From positions 4,703-68,702 of the forward strand of contig JABHXU010000001.1 in assembly GCA_018657065.1 (NCBI GenBank): a stretch of DNA of 64,000 nt, in the 5' to 3' direction. Shown here one piece after another: positions 8,512-19,399 of the stretch. A model generated the notes under the pieces. That model was not told the origin of the DNA, did not search any database, and saw only the letters and a program-made list of their open reading frames with translations. The translations under genes were made by a program, and so were the position numbers. The stretch comes from an archaeon. Lineage in GTDB: Archaea > Nanobdellota > Nanobdellia > Woesearchaeales > GW2011-AR15. Numbering within the stretch: position 1 is the first letter of the stretch; each line of letters opens with the position of its first letter.

Positions 8512-9477
8512 TTAATTTCTAAATTGAATATTATTCCATTCCATTAATTTAAGGATAGAATAAATTCCACCAATTAAATAGAATTTGTTTAAATTTCCAT
8601 TTCCTATTAAACTTGAATGAGCAAGTGCAGCAAATAAAACAGGATATGCTAAATATTGAATTTTTTTCCAGTTTTTACTGAATAATTTCATAGAAAGGTT
8701 ATTTGATGTAATTCCTAAAATTATCATGCCTATACCACTTATACTTCCCCAAAACAAATAAGGTGTTTTAAACATCTCTAAAATTGTCAGACTTTTAGTA
8801 ATAAAAAGACCTGCTGAGTGAATTAAAAAAAACCAAAAACTAGCAACACCTAATTCTCTTCTATATCCAACAACTCTAGTAAATAATGGATTTGAAAAAA
8901 TTTTTGAAATTGGTTTAGATAAAAGTAAAAAAACTAATAGCCTTTCTGCCCATTCACCTAATTCTTTGAAATATGAATTTTCTGGAAAAATAATTCCTAG
9001 AGTTATTAAAATCAGTGGTAGGATATAATAAATAAGATTTCTGGCAATTGATTTTATTTTATTTTTTCTTTTAAAAAAACTAGATATGATCAAAAATAGA
9101 GCTAAAGAACTTGAAATAATACTATATATTTTTGGTAGATAAAACCAATTGACTTTTGTTTTTTTTGTATTTGCATTTTTTACAAATTCTTGTTTTTCTT
9201 CAAAGTTTAATTGTTCCCAATTTTTTGGTTTTTCTACACCTAAATAATCAAAAAAGCCAGATATATCTGCGTCTCCTTTGTATTTTCTTCCATCTTTTGG
9301 GTAAATTCCTTTATTTTGTAAAAACGTATGTTTTTGTTGTTCATTCCATGAGTTCCATTCACTAGGTTTTTCTAATCCAACTGATTCTAATATTGAATCA
9401 ACACCAGTCCCAGACCCTGCTATTACAAAAGTAGTTAGAATAACAATTAATATTGTAAAAATCAATAGTTTTCTCAT
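8512..9477 (-). CDS. Ferric-reductase-like (MsrQ/YedZ-type) heme membrane protein with extracellular N-terminal duplicated module
   Basis: YRRELGVASF...H, GITSN, WKKIQYLAY...H; signal peptide and two GxEKPxxW repeats. Confidence 0.8.
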   Translation of the reverse strand: MRKLLIFTILIVILTTFVIAGSGTGVDSILESVGLEKPSEWNSWNEQQKHTFLQNKGIYPKDGRKYKGDADISGFFDYLGVEKPKNWEQLNFEEKQEFVKNANTKKTKVNWFYLPKIYSIISSSLALFLIISSFFKRKNKIKSIARNLIYYILPLILITLGIIFPENSYFKELGEWAERLLVFLLLSKPISKIFSNPLFTRVVGYRRELGVASFWFFLIHSAGLFITKSLTILEMFKTPYLFWGSISGIGMIILGITSNNLSMKLFSKNWKKIQYLAYPVLFAALAHSSLIGNGNLNKFYLIGGIYSILKLMEWNNIQFRN

Positions 9478-9569
9478 TTTTAGTTAAGTTAGAGAATTAT
9501 ATTCTTATTTATTATTTATGTTTGATATTAATAATAAATTATTTATAATACTCACGCTATTAAACTCTC

Positions 9570-9941
9570 ATGACTGAAATGCTTAAAGATGTATATGAAA
9601 TGTTGAAAATTGATAGAAAAAATTCTGCTTGGTCTGCTAAAAATACTATGGAATTTAGATTTGCAGAATTAAAAAGTGAGATTAATGAGCTTAATGAAGC
9701 TTTAAAAAATCAGGATGTTGAAAATCTAAAAGAAGAAATTGGAGATTCAATTGGAGATTTATTATTTTTAATAGTAATTGCTGAAGAATATGGGTATTTT
9801 TCTTTGAAAGAAGTCATAGAAACATACTTTGAAAAGTTTAAACGGCGAAAACCTTGGATTTTTTCAGGTGAAAAATTAACAATTGAAGAAGAAATGAAAA
9901 GATGGAGAGAGACCAAAATTTTAGAAAAAAACAAGAAATAA
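9570..9941 (+). CDS. MazG-like nucleotide pyrophosphohydrolase
   Basis: SEINELNEAL...LKEEIGD...KFKRRKPWIF. Confidence 0.85.
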   Translation: MTEMLKDVYEMLKIDRKNSAWSAKNTMEFRFAELKSEINELNEALKNQDVENLKEEIGDSIGDLLFLIVIAEEYGYFSLKEVIETYFEKFKRRKPWIFSGEKLTIEEEMKRWRETKILEKNKK

Positions 9942-10118
9942 TTTTTTCTTTATTAATGTTTAATTTCAATTAAATTAATGTGTTTTTATGTGTAATTTTA
10001 TGTTTATAAAGTTAAAAAACAAATCTAGTATACAAATGTCTATTGTTTTCCTCAATAAAATACAAAGGTTTAAAAAGCCCTGATTTTTCCTCTAGAATAC
10101 TTTTTGGAAGGTATGTAA

Positions 10119-10220
10119 ATGAAAAGAAGCTCAAGACGATGGAAGAAAAAGCGCCAAATGCGTTGGAAATGGCAGAGAAAACGAATGAAGAAAGAAAAGA
10201 GAAAAAGAGCTCAGAAATAA
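10119..10220 (+). CDS. rpl41e: Ribosomal protein eL41 (L41e), not in ORF track
   Basis: Translates to MKRSSRRWKKKRQMRWKWQRKRMKKEKRKRAQK, matching the archaeal WKKKxxMRWKW pattern; GAAGGT upstream. Confidence 0.85.
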   Translation: MKRSSRRWKKKRQMRWKWQRKRMKKEKRKRAQK

Positions 10221-10301
10221 TAAGGTTTATATACGAGAAATTATTCCAAGAAATATCAGCTCCAACATTCTGTTCATAAATGTATACAGGATTTTTTAAT
10301 C

Positions 10302-10336
10302 TTGTATGAAGAAGGTATTTGGTTATGTATGCGAAC
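10302..10336 (+). other. 5' strand of 16S processing stem (pairs with ~11942-11979)
   Basis: GAAGGTATTTGGTT...GCGAAC is complementary to GTTTGC...AACCAAATACCTTT downstream of the 16S. Confidence 0.75.
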
Positions 10337-10433
10337 TATTAACGCACAATTAACCTTAAGAACGTACTACAGCAAATAATAATCAGGATTATGTGCCGGA
10401 TAGAGCGGCAAGTAACAATTCTATCCAAAAACA

Positions 10434-11904
<1,471 letters not shown>

Positions 11905-12023
11905 TTATTTTCTTCTAGAAGATAAAAAATTAACAACGCAATGTTTGCGCAAAAACCAAATACCTTTTTATTTTCATAATTGTATTGGAAATTTTTAAAA
12001 TTTCAATACAACTTATCATAAAT

Positions 12024-12131
12024 GGGCTCGTAGCTCAGTCTGGCTAGAGCGCCGCCCTTGCAAGGCGGAGGCCTCGGGTTCAATTCCGATTCCAGTACTT
12101 GCTTGGATCGGTGAAAGTCCCGACGAGTCCA
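12024..12131 (+). tRNA. tRNA-Ala(TGC) with 33-nt intron at 59/60 (12085-12117)
   Basis: CCGCC-CT-TGC-AA-GGCGG anticodon arm; T-loop interrupted by an insert forming a bulge-helix-bulge (TTCA/TGAA helix, ATT and AGT bulges, CCGAT/ATCGG). Confidence 0.93.
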
Positions 12132-12394
12132 CTTTATATTCACAAAACAAGTTTAAGGTTGAAAACAATCTTAAACAATCACAAATAATCAAGATCATTA
12201 TTCAATTAATGAAAACCAGCTTAGCAATTGAAACCTGTTAATCTGTAGGTATAGATAGCGAGGACAATTCGTCCGACCAAATGTCAGAAATGCAAATTTC
12301 TGTTCATGTTCAACAAACTTAAGTTTTTGACCTAAGAATGTTGACAAATTCATAATCATAGTTATCGATGAAACCATGCATAGATAGAGTGTAA

Positions 12395-15278
12395 TTATAC
12401 TATTAGGTGGATGACTAGGCTCATATTGGTGATGAAGGGCGTGGCAAGCTACGATATTCTCAGGCTAGGTGCATGCAACCGTTGAACCTGAGGTTCCTGA
12501 ATGTGACTTCACTAATAAATCCGTAAGGATGGCAATACGCAGGGAATTGAAGCGTCTTAGTACCTGCAGGAAAAGAAATCAATCGAGATGCTGTTAGTAA
12601 CGGCGAGTGAAAACAGTATAAGGCAAACAGATCCTTTGCAGTAATGTAACGGAGATGACGTGTTTGGACTGCTTTTACCTCCTTTTTTGTGACTTGAATA
12701 CTTCTGGAAAGTTGAACCATAGAGGGTGATAGTCCCTTAAAGCAAGTAAAAAAGGAATTTAGCAGTATCCAGAGTACCGTCTATTGGATATTAGGCGGGA
12801 ATTTGGGAGGCATCAACTTCCAACCTTAAATACAAAATGAGTCCGATAGCGTACGAGTACCGTGAGGGAAAGTTGAAAAGAACCCGTAACAGGGAGTTAA
12901 AAGCGCCTGAAACCTAATAGTTACAGTGAGGTACGGCTCTTAGGAGTTGTACCGTGCGTTTCGAATAACGTGCCAGGGAGTGTATTTTTATGGCGAGGGT
13001 AATCCTTTTAAGGGAGGACCCGCAGGGAAACCAAAAGTCCGCAGTTTACAAGGGACAAGGTGTGAATAGTGCCTTTGAGTCATAGGGATACGATCTGAAG
13101 CCGGGTGATCTTACCCAGGTCAAGGTGAAGCCCCCCTAAGAAGGGGTGGAGGCCTGAAGGGGTTCTGTGAACAAGCGTTCCTCTGAACTTGGGCAAGGGG
13201 TGAAAAGCCAATCGAACCCGGCGATAGCAGGTTCCTGCCAAAATTGGCCGTAGTCAAGCCTCGATCGAGATGGCAATGAAGGTAGAGCTACGGATTTAGG
13301 ATTTAGGGGGAGAAATTCCTCGGTTCTTTGTCCAACTCCGAATTTCATTGTATTGTAGACATCGGGAAACAGGTAATGTGGGGTAAACCTCATTACCGAA
13401 AGGGGAACAACCCAAACTATAGTTAAGGCCCTTAAGTGCTAATTAAGTGTTAAAGGGTGAAGAGTGTTATTAGCCTCAGACAGCAAGGAGGTTGGCTTAG
13501 AAGCAGCCACCCTATAATAAGTGCGTAACAGCTTACTTGTCAAGGTTAGTAGCCTCGAAAATGGACGGGACTAAATTAGTCGCCGATACTATAGACCTTC
13601 GAAAGAAGTGTGGTAGGCAGGCATCCTGGTTGGGTAGAAGCATGTTTGAAAAGATATGTGGACCAACTTGGAATGAGAATCCTGGCGGTAGTAGGAACAT
13701 AGTACTGCGAGAATCAGTACCGCCGAAAGGGCAAGGGTTCCTTGACAATGCAAATCAGTCAAGGGGTAATCGATCCTAACCAATCTCCTAATTGGAGTAA
13801 TGGGAAAGGGAAACAGGTTAATATTCCTGTATTACTTTAGTATGTGCGGCAACGCAAGTTATAATCCTGACTCTTCTGGCTAGACCAACATATTTTGTCT
13901 AATATGTTAATGAAGTAATATCAAGGGAGTATCGTAATGATGAGAACTTGATCGCGCTCAGAATAGTTTTCTGTATAGAAAATTTGGTTGATGCCTGGAG
14001 ACCGTGAAAAGGGATAATAAATAAACCTTTAGTATTCGTACCCAGAACCAGCACAGGTGCCCCTAGGTGAGAAGCCTCAGGTGTGAAGGTTAAATTTAAT
14101 TGAGGGAATTCGGCAAAATAGCCCCGTAGCTTCGGTTTAAGGGGTCCCTGCGGTTGTGCATGTATTTGTGCGATTGCAGGGTGCAATGACTCGGGAGGTC
14201 CGACTGTTTAACAAAAACTTAACGTTCTGCTAGTCTGCAAAGATGTGAATAGAACGTGACACCTGCCCAGTACCAGTAATTTAATCTCCTTTTCAAGGGA
14301 GTGAAGATCTGGCAAACGGCGGGAGTAACTATAACTCTCTTAAGGTAGCGAAATGCCTTGCCGTTTAATTGACGGCCCGCATGAGTGGTGCAACGAGATC
14401 TCCACTGTCCCCAGTTAAAAGCCACCGAACACTCTGTCTGGTGCAAAGGCCAGAGAATTCCAGTGGGAAGTGAAGACCCCGCGAAACTTTACTGTAGCCT
14501 GTAGTTGTGACGTGAGTTTTGATGTGTAGCATAGATGGGAGTTGCTAAAGCGTAGGCGCTAGTTTACGTGTAGACATCATTGAAATACCATCCTTTAAAA
14601 CTTACGCCGCTCACTCGAAAGAGGACCGCTATTGGTGGACAGTTTGGCTGGGGTGGCACCCTGTTGAAAAGATATCAACAGGGCCCTATGGTTAGCTCAA
14701 TCCGGTCAGAAATCGGATGTAGAGTGCAAGAGCAAAAGCTAGCCTGATTGGATTTTCAACTATACAAAATCCAACAACGAAAGTTTGGTCTAGCGAACTC
14801 TCGAACCTCCTTGATGGGGGTCGGGAATGACAGAAAAGTTACTCCGGGGATAACAGAGTTGTCCCGCCCAAGAGCTCATATCGACGGCGGGGCTTGCTAC
14901 ATCGATGTCGGCTCTTCCTATCCTGGCGGTGCAGAAGCCGCCAAGGGTGGGGGTGTTCACCCATTAAAAGGGATCGTGAGCTGGGTTCAGAACGTTGTGA
15001 GACAGTTTGTTTAATATCTACTGGAATTGTTTGATGTCTGAGAGGAAGGATCTTTTAGTACGAGAGGAACAAGGGTTCGGCGCCTCTGGTCCACCGGTTG
15101 TCTGATAAGGCATGCCGGGCAGCTACGCGCCAAGGGATAAGAGCTGAAAGCATCTAAGCTCGAAGCCCGCCTCGAAAAGAGATATCATGAGCTCCCAAAA
15201 AAGATGGGTTTGATAGAACAGGTGTGTAAGCGTCAAGGTAACGAGACGTTCAGCACGCTGTCACTAACCGCTTATACT
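12395..15278 (+). rRNA. rrl: 23S rRNA (archaeal)
   Basis: GTACCGTGAGGGAAAG, CTTAAGGTAGCGAAAT, GGGATAAC, AGTACGAGAGGAAC sarcin-ricin loop; flanked by complementary ATGAAACCATGCA / TGCATGGTTTCAT processing stem; ends approximate. Confidence 0.98.
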
Positions 15279-15488
15279 CACTTTATATTCTCTGCATGGT
15301 TTCATCTTTTTTTTTATTTTCCAAATAACTCTTTATTGAGTTTATTGGTAATAAAAAAAATTCTTTTTATTTTTTTGATGCAATTTTTTTTATTCATTGT
15401 TTTTTTTTATTCTAGCGAAAGCTTTTTTCCTAATAATTTTCTTTCAAAACATTTTTAAGTCCTATTAATTTTTTGCAGACGTATTAAC

Positions 15489-15503
15489 GGGCTCATAGCT
15501 TAG
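15489..15503 (+). repeat. Duplicate of tRNA-Lys(CTT) 5' end
   Basis: GGGCTCATAGCTTAG vs GGGCTCATAGCTCAG at 15580-15594. Confidence 0.8.
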
Positions 15504-15579
15504 CCATGGCAAATGGTTACGCTCATTTGATACGCAAAGTGGGTTTTCTCACTATGTTCGTCAAGCCCACAATATAAAA

Positions 15580-15702
15580 GGGCTCATAGCTCAGTCTGGT
15601 CAGAGCGCTCGCCTCTTATTGAAAACATAGTTTTCAAAACCTCATCAAACTTTGTTTTCAGAGGTAAGCGAGATGTCGAGGGTTCGAATCCCCCTGGGCC
15701 CA
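15580..15702 (+). tRNA. tRNA-Lys(CTT) with ~48-nt intron at 37/38 (~15619-15666)
   Basis: CTCGC-CT-CTT-A [intron] A-GCGAG; CCTCT/AGAGG and TGAAAACA/TGTTTTCA pairings give a relaxed BHB; GGTTCGAATCC T-arm. Confidence 0.9.
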
Positions 15703-15765
15703 TGGTTATTAAGCTGGACTTTAAGTCCAGCAGACATTAGCTGTCAACCGGTATCAGTTGGTGGC

Positions 15766-15783
15766 AATCCCCCTGGGCCCATG
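15766..15783 (+). repeat. 18-bp exact duplicate of tRNA-Lys(CTT) 3' end
   Basis: AATCCCCCTGGGCCCATG identical to 15687-15704. Confidence 0.92.
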
Positions 15784-15901
15784 AGTATATTAAAATAATT
15801 AATTAAGTTAGGCTCAATGTTTTTCACATTCTTTTTTAAGGGAGGTGCGGAGGGCAAAGTCCTCTGCTTAAATACTATAAAAAAATAAGGAGTTGATTAT
15901 T

Positions 15902-16186
15902 ATGCCAACAAGAGTAAATGCAAAACATATATTAGTTAAAACACAAGAACAAGCAAAAGAAATTTTAAGTGAAATAAATTCAGGAAAATCTTTTGAAGAT
16001 TTAGCAAAATTAAAATCAATGTGTCCTTCTGGTAAAAAAGGTGGTGACTTAGGATGGTTTAGTCATGGCCAAATGGTTAAAGAATTTCAAAAAGCAGCTT
16101 TTTCATTAAAAAAAGGACAAATATCTGGACCAGTAAAAACACAATTTGGCTGGCATTTAATTAAAGTTGTTGACACAAAAGGATAA
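15902..16186 (+). CDS. Parvulin-type peptidyl-prolyl isomerase
   Basis: AKHILV, SMCPSGKKGGDLGWF, QMVKEF, PVKTQFGWHLI. Confidence 0.93.
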   Translation: MPTRVNAKHILVKTQEQAKEILSEINSGKSFEDLAKLKSMCPSGKKGGDLGWFSHGQMVKEFQKAAFSLKKGQISGPVKTQFGWHLIKVVDTKG

Positions 16187-16238
16187 TTTATCTAAAAAAG
16201 TAACATATATTATCTCATACTAATTTTTAATTTTTATA

Positions 16239-16691
16239 ATGAAATCATTAGTTGTATATTATTCAAGAACTGGAAATACTAAAAAAATAGCAAATGAACT
16301 TGCCAAAAGACTAAAATCAGATATTGATGAGATAAAGGATAAAAAATATATAAGCACTTTAGGACTATTAAAAATTTGTAAACAAGCTATGACACAAAAA
16401 ACTTCTGAAATAATATATTCAAAAGACCCAAAAAATTATGATTTAGTAATAATTGGTGGTCCAGTGTGGGCTTGGAACTTAATGCCTCAATTAAGAAATT
16501 ATTTGCTACAAAATAAAAAGAATATCAATAATTTTGCATTTTTTTTAACTCATGGAGGAAATTTTGGGAAAAATTTAGAACAAGTATCTAAAATAAAAAA
16601 ACCAATTGCAACTAAATGTTTTCTTGATAAAAAAATTAAAGCGGATAATTTTAAAAAAGAACTAGATGCATTTATTAAGGAATTAAAGTGA
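16239..16691 (+). CDS. Flavodoxin family protein
   Basis: VVYYSRTGNTKKIA, YDLVIIGGPVW, FFLTHGG. Confidence 0.88.
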   Translation: MKSLVVYYSRTGNTKKIANELAKRLKSDIDEIKDKKYISTLGLLKICKQAMTQKTSEIIYSKDPKNYDLVIIGGPVWAWNLMPQLRNYLLQNKKNINNFAFFLTHGGNFGKNLEQVSKIKKPIATKCFLDKKIKADNFKKELDAFIKELK

Positions 16692-16747
16692 TAATCTTTG
16701 AATTATATTCAAAAAATTTTTAAACTTTCTACTATTAAAATTATATA

Positions 16748-18136
16748 ATGAAGAATCCAGGTGAATATTTTTTTACTAAAGTTAGCTATTTATATATTTG
16801 GAGATTCATTGAATTACTCACAATTATAGGTGCAGCTCATTTTTTAAGTATTAATGAATTTAGTCTAGCTTTTTTTCCTATAATACTAGCTTATTTTTTT
16901 ATGAATTTTTTTGATTTAACTATTAAAGAACATAATCCTGAAAAAATAAAGCTTTTTTGTAATACTTTAAGTTTGATTGCTCCTTTGTATGGTATCTTTG
17001 TTGCATTGATTATTTTTATTATATCTTTACTTTACCCAATAACTATTCCATTAAGATATGCGAGTACTATTGCACTCTTTATTAGTTTTAAAAAAACAGC
17101 AGAAGTATATTTTACTTCAAAAAAAAGAAATGAAAGAATATACTTTGTAAATCTTATTTCACAAATTGTTTCAGCTATTTTAATGTTTAGTATGATTTAT
17201 TTTGGATATGAATCTCTTGCTGTCCTTGTTAGTTATTTAATTTACAATTTACTCACAACAATATTGCTCTGGGCTTTTTTTCCTTTTAAACTTAAATCCA
17301 AATTTAATAAAGAAGCGTTTGGAGAGATTTTGTTATCTTTAAAATCAAACTTGGAACTTAAATTTACAAGAAATATCAGTACTTATGCACCATTAATTAT
17401 AGTTGGATTTTTAAACAAAATTTATTTTAGTTATATTTTCTTAGGATTTTGGATTGGTTATTTTATGTATAATAACTTTACAATTTTTATTACAGATTTA
17501 TTTATGGACAGATTTAAGAATATGTCTTATGACATGTTTAAATATAATTTAGTAAAAATAACTGAATACTTATCCTTTTTGATTGTTCCATTATCATTAA
17601 TTAGTATGGTATTAATTCCTCAAATTTCTTCAATTATTATTCCATGGACTGGAGTTTCCGAAATACTATGGATGCTTCTTTTAGCTGGATTAATAAAATC
17701 AATTGCAGAAATATCTAGATTAGTGTTTATTGTAGAACCTAAACTTTTAGTTTTAGTGAAAATAACTTTAATTGAATTTGGTGTTTTATTTTTCTTTATA
17801 ATTATTCTAGGAAATTTTTTTGGATCATATGGTGTTGCTCTAGCAATGTTAATAACTTCAATTTTGATTTCAATTCTTTATTTACTAATTTCACAAAGAT
17901 TCATTAAATTGGATATAGTTACGGTTTCAAAGAATTATTTTTATATTGTATTTTCTGGCTTTTTATCAGCTCTTGCAGTTGGATTTTTAAAAGAATGGTT
18001 AAATGTACAAAATATTTATTCATTATTGGTTATTTATTTAATTGGTTTAGGTATATATGTAGTTTTAACGTTCTTATTCAATAAATCGTTTTATAGAATG
18101 TTTATACGATTTATTTTTGAGGTTTTAGAAGAATGA
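16748..18136 (+). CDS. Polysaccharide/oligosaccharide flippase-like multi-pass membrane protein
   Basis: ~12-14 hydrophobic segments, FGSYGVALA motif typical of Wzx/MOP exporters. Confidence 0.65.
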   Translation: MKNPGEYFFTKVSYLYIWRFIELLTIIGAAHFLSINEFSLAFFPIILAYFFMNFFDLTIKEHNPEKIKLFCNTLSLIAPLYGIFVALIIFIISLLYPITIPLRYASTIALFISFKKTAEVYFTSKKRNERIYFVNLISQIVSAILMFSMIYFGYESLAVLVSYLIYNLLTTILLWAFFPFKLKSKFNKEAFGEILLSLKSNLELKFTRNISTYAPLIIVGFLNKIYFSYIFLGFWIGYFMYNNFTIFITDLFMDRFKNMSYDMFKYNLVKITEYLSFLIVPLSLISMVLIPQISSIIIPWTGVSEILWMLLLAGLIKSIAEISRLVFIVEPKLLVLVKITLIEFGVLFFFIIILGNFFGSYGVALAMLITSILISILYLLISQRFIKLDIVTVSKNYFYIVFSGFLSALAVGFLKEWLNVQNIYSLLVIYLIGLGIYVVLTFLFNKSFYRMFIRFIFEVLEE

Positions 18137-18480
18137 TAATAGAATTGCTGTTATCTTTATTACCTGGACTATTTATTGTTTTAATATTTTTTAAAAAAGA
18201 AGATTTTTTAACAAAATGTTTAATTTTTATTTTAAGTAATATTATGATCATGACTCTTTTAGGATTAGTTTTAGGTTTTAATGAGTTAACTTATAAAATA
18301 ACAGGTGGATTAACAAAAAAAAATTTAATTAGAGGTTATTTTTTTGTAAATTTGGTATTGCTTATGGTATATTTTATGAAAAGTAATTTAAGAAAGCAAT
18401 TCTTTCCTAGTGTAAATGGGAGATCTACCCTTCGAAAAAATAAAAAGAGAAATTCTTCTAAAAAAAGAAGCACAAACTAG
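18133..18480 (+). CDS. Small membrane protein
   Basis: Three hydrophobic segments; overlaps both neighbours. Confidence 0.55.
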   Translation: MIIELLLSLLPGLFIVLIFFKKEDFLTKCLIFILSNIMIMTLLGLVLGFNELTYKITGGLTKKNLIRGYFFVNLVLLMVYFMKSNLRKQFFPSVNGRSTLRKNKKRNSSKKRSTN

Positions 18481-19399
18481 TGATAAGTTTGGGTTTTATC
18501 CAGAAAATAGAACTGTTGAGGAATTAATGCAATTTGGAGTAATTAATATTGATAAACCCGCAGGTCCAACAAGTCATCAGGTAAGTGCTTATTTACAAAA
18601 AATTCTAAACTTAGATAAAGCAGGTCACTCAGGAACATTAGATCCTAATGTTACAGGTGTTTTACCTATAACTCTTAATAAATCAACTAAAATTGTTCAA
18701 ACTTTACTTAAAGCTGGAAAAGAATATATTTGTTTAATGCATCTTCATAGACCAGTTGAAGAATTTGAATTATACAAAGTTTTTGAAAAATTTACTGGAA
18801 AAATTAAACAACTTCCACCTATAAAAAGTGCAGTTAAAAGACAAATTAGGGAAAGAAGAATCTACTATATTGAATTACTTGATATTATTGAACAAGATGT
18901 ATTGTTTAAAGTAGGATGTCAAGCAGGTACATATATTAGAAAATTAGTTCATGATATGGGGCAAGAATTAAAAGTTGGAGCTCATATGGCTCAACTTAGA
19001 CGAACTAAAGCAGGACCTTTTAATGAAACTTCACTTTTTACTTTACAGGATGTTTCTGATGCCTATTATTATTACAAAGAAAAAAAGAATGATAAATTTA
19101 TTAGAAGAGTAATAATGTCCATTGAACGAGCAGTTTCACATTTACCTAAAATTTGGGTGATTGATACTGCTGTAGATAGTTTATGTCATGGAGCATCACT
19201 AGCTGTTCCAGGAATATCAAAACTTGAAGCAGGAATTGAAATAGATGAGCTTGTTGCAATTTATACATTAAAAAATGAATTTATTTGCTTTGGAAGAGCT
19301 AAAATGTCCTCCCTTAAAATGATGGGAGAAAAGGGACTTGCAGTTAAAACAGACAAAGTAGTTATGGCTCCAGGAATATATCCAAGGTTTAATCGTTAA
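18416..19399 (+). CDS. cbf5: Pseudouridine synthase Cbf5
   Basis: DKPAGPTSHQV, GHSGTLDP, PPIKSAVKR, CQAGTYIRKL, C-terminal PUA domain. Confidence 0.96.
   Translation: MGDLPFEKIKREILLKKEAQTSDKFGFYPENRTVEELMQFGVINIDKPAGPTSHQVSAYLQKILNLDKAGHSGTLDPNVTGVLPITLNKSTKIVQTLLKAGKEYICLMHLHRPVEEFELYKVFEKFTGKIKQLPPIKSAVKRQIRERRIYYIELLDIIEQDVLFKVGCQAGTYIRKLVHDMGQELKVGAHMAQLRRTKAGPFNETSLFTLQDVSDAYYYYKEKKNDKFIRRVIMSIERAVSHLPKIWVIDTAVDSLCHGASLAVPGISKLEAGIEIDELVAIYTLKNEFICFGRAKMSSLKMMGEKGLAVKTDKVVMAPGIYPRFNR

Noticed and set aside
10043-10279. 78-aa ORF upstream of 16S
   Set aside because: The eL41-like peptide in another frame (10119-10220) explains the sequence better
15489-15783. tRNA fragments as split or permuted tRNA genes
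   Set aside because: They duplicate an adjacent complete gene and I found no complementary leaders or BHB joining them
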